Shown: positions 62,123-64,000 of the stretch, piece after piece
Numbering within the stretch: the first letter of the stretch is position 1
Layout: each line of letters starts with the position of its first letter
Assembly: GCA_009103225.1 (NCBI GenBank)
Contig: RHPI01000385.1
Span: forward strand, 337,392 to 401,391
Direction of reading: 5' to 3'
Length of the DNA: 64,000 nt
From: Chlorokybus atmophyticus
Taxonomy: Eukaryota; Plantae; Mesostigma and Chlorokybus algae
Program-made: the position numbers and the translations under genes
Notes under the pieces: model-generated
The model's input: the letters and a program-made list of their open reading frames with translations, nothing else
Told to the model about the DNA's origin: nothing
Database searches by the model: none

Positions 62123-63920
62123 TTGGTGTAGGTGTTGTAGTCGTGTTTATTGCTCTACCTCTGAGTTGAAAGCATTATCCGGTGTCATCCCAGCCACGTG
62201 CTCTCGCTCATGCTGCTGCTGCAACTCCCTATAAGCCCACACCTGCACACAAACAGTCAGCAACATTCCCACTCCCACCCCCACCCCCACCCCCACCCCC
62301 ACCCACCCACTACCCCACCTGTCTCGTGNNNNNNNNNNNNNNNNNNNNNNNNNNNNNNNNNNNNNNNNNNNNNNNNNNNNNNNNNNNNNNNNNNNNNNNN
62401 NNNNNNNNNNNNNNNNNNNNNNNNNNNNNNNNNNNNNNNNNNNNNNNNNNNNNNNNNNNNNNNNNNNNNNNNNNNNNNNNNNNNNNNNNNNNNNNNNNNN
62501 NNNNNNNNNNNNNNNNNNNNNNNNNNNNNNNNNNNNNNNNNNNNNNNNNNNNNNNNNNNNNNNNNNNNNNNNNNNNNNNNNNNNNNNNNNNNNNNNNNNN
62601 NNNNNNNNNNNNNNNNNNNNNNNNNNNNNNNNNNNNNNNNNNNNNNNNNNNNNNNNNNNNNNNNNNNNNNNNNNNNNNNNNNNNNNNNNNNNNNNNNNNN
62701 NNNCCCCACCTGTCTCGTGATCGGCTTCGTGGTCCCAATCCCATACCTCACCCTCCCCACCACCCTCCCCTCCTCCACCACATCCACCTCCACAACACCC
62801 CCTCTGTGCCCATCCCCGTAGTCGACCTCCTGCACCAGGGGCGCCAGGGGGACCTGTGCTACGCCCAACAGAGAGAAGGAGGACAAGGAGGAGGTGGTGG
62901 TGGAAGAGGGGGTGGAGTAAAGCTTGAGGGTGAGGTGGCCTCTTGTGCTGGTGCAGTGCTCGATGAAGTGAGGGGAGGGAGAGAGGGGGAAGCGGAGGGT
63001 CGAGTTGTAGGAGGGGGAGAGACCCGAGGCGGGGGCTGTTCGATAGGGAGAGTAGGTAAGTGGGTAGCGGATTGAGTGATTGAACTATACTTTGAGTGCA
63101 TTGATTGCCTGGCTGGGTACGCAAGCTTCATCTTGGGTTTTCAGGCGTTGACACATAAGCTTGCGTGCGATTGAGTTTGACTAACATGGTAAGCAGACAT
63201 CCACCTCACTAACGGACCATCCACCCTCAACATACACCGACTCCCAAACACAACCGCTTACCTCCAGCCCTGGCCTCCCACTCCCACCCCTCCGCCACAA
63301 CAAACGTCACAATCTCCCCTCCTCCAGCAGCGACCGTCCCCGCCAGCGACGCCGACAGTACCCGCAACTCCAGCTCGTTGTCGGGGGCGGGAGCGGACTG
63401 GAGGAGACGGCGAAGCTGTGTGGGAGGATGTTGTTGTTGTTGTTGTTGTTGTCGTGGAAAGAGATGAGTATGGTGAGGACGGTGGTGGTGATGAGGATAA
63501 GGTTGTGAGGTCGTGTGTACCTGTGCTTGTAACACGGTGATGGTGTCTGTGCGGTCGTCGAGCTCCATGCTGAGCGCAGCCACAGTCTCGCTCTCGCTGA
63601 CGCTAGTTTTGTTGTTGTTGTTGCTGTTGTTGGGTGCGGGTGCGGTGGGTATGCTGCTGGTGTGTCGCGCGTTGGCCTGCTGCTGCAGCTGGGCGGCGTC
63701 CAGGGCCCTCTTGTAGTCGTGGCTGAGGGCCTCCTGCTCCGCAAGAAGACGCTCCGCACGCTGAAGCTCGGCCCTCTGGAGGACAAGATTCAAAAGAGCG
63801 TCAAGCAACAGGAACAACAACAACAACAACAACGACTATGACGATGGCGACGGCAGTGGGAACAACAACAGGAGTACCTGCTGAGCGTTGACAGTGCGCA
63901 GCCGGTCCAGCTCAGGTGAG
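59495..63920 (-). CDS. RPGRIP1L/NPHP8-like ciliary transition-zone protein (coiled coil plus C2 domains); 5' part lies beyond the window
   Basis: RAELQRAERLLAEQEALSHDYK (coiled-coil end), C2-like ELGNARVSLADL...GQLELSLTW, and C-terminal FVLFDFL...VVPFCLV...YHEIGFAEV|IDLRELL...VVGTLRVSV resembling the RPGR-interacting C2 domain. Confidence 0.7.
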
Positions 63921-64000
63921 GCCCCAGCATATGTCGACGCTGATGACAAAATTGGTTACAAACCTTACACACCAAGACTGCAACTCATTCATTGCCCCCC

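Noticed and set aside
62313-62719. CCCCACCTGTCTCGTG repeated on both sides of the gap as a tandem repeat
   Set aside because: Identical gap flanks are typical of an unmerged contig overlap.

Overview
This is an intron-rich eukaryotic nuclear window, most likely from a flagellate-stage green or early streptophyte alga. That taxon call is inferred from the gene set: plant-type NXD1, DUF1997, At4g13200-like and RING-CH genes alongside a ciliary RPGRIP1L-like gene. The left end (1-4370) is a cluster of Ty3/Gypsy LTR-retrotransposon pieces. It holds a chromovirus integrase plus chromodomain with PPT, LTR and PBS, a deleted tandem copy, and an oppositely oriented gag-protease remnant with its own LTR. 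About 14 host genes follow: UBE2C, a TLDc protein, SEL1L/HRD3, DnaJ-DUF3752, NXD1, RPS25, RTF2, DUF1997, OST48, WrbA/FQR1, RPP0, LTV1, a RINGv ligase, an At4g13200-like gene, DUF1622 and RPGRIP1L-like. The clearest feature missed by the ORF track is an intact 529-bp non-coding LTR element (TRIM) at 38513-39041. It has 79-bp LTRs, a 5-bp TSD, PBS and PPT, and its PPT/LTR junction is 22/24 identical to that of the chromovirus at the window start. The window also has telo-boxes at translation-related promoters, several GC-AG introns, AT-rich gene-free blocks, microsatellites and assembly gaps. Exon structures were read by eye and gene names come from remembered family motifs, not database searches.
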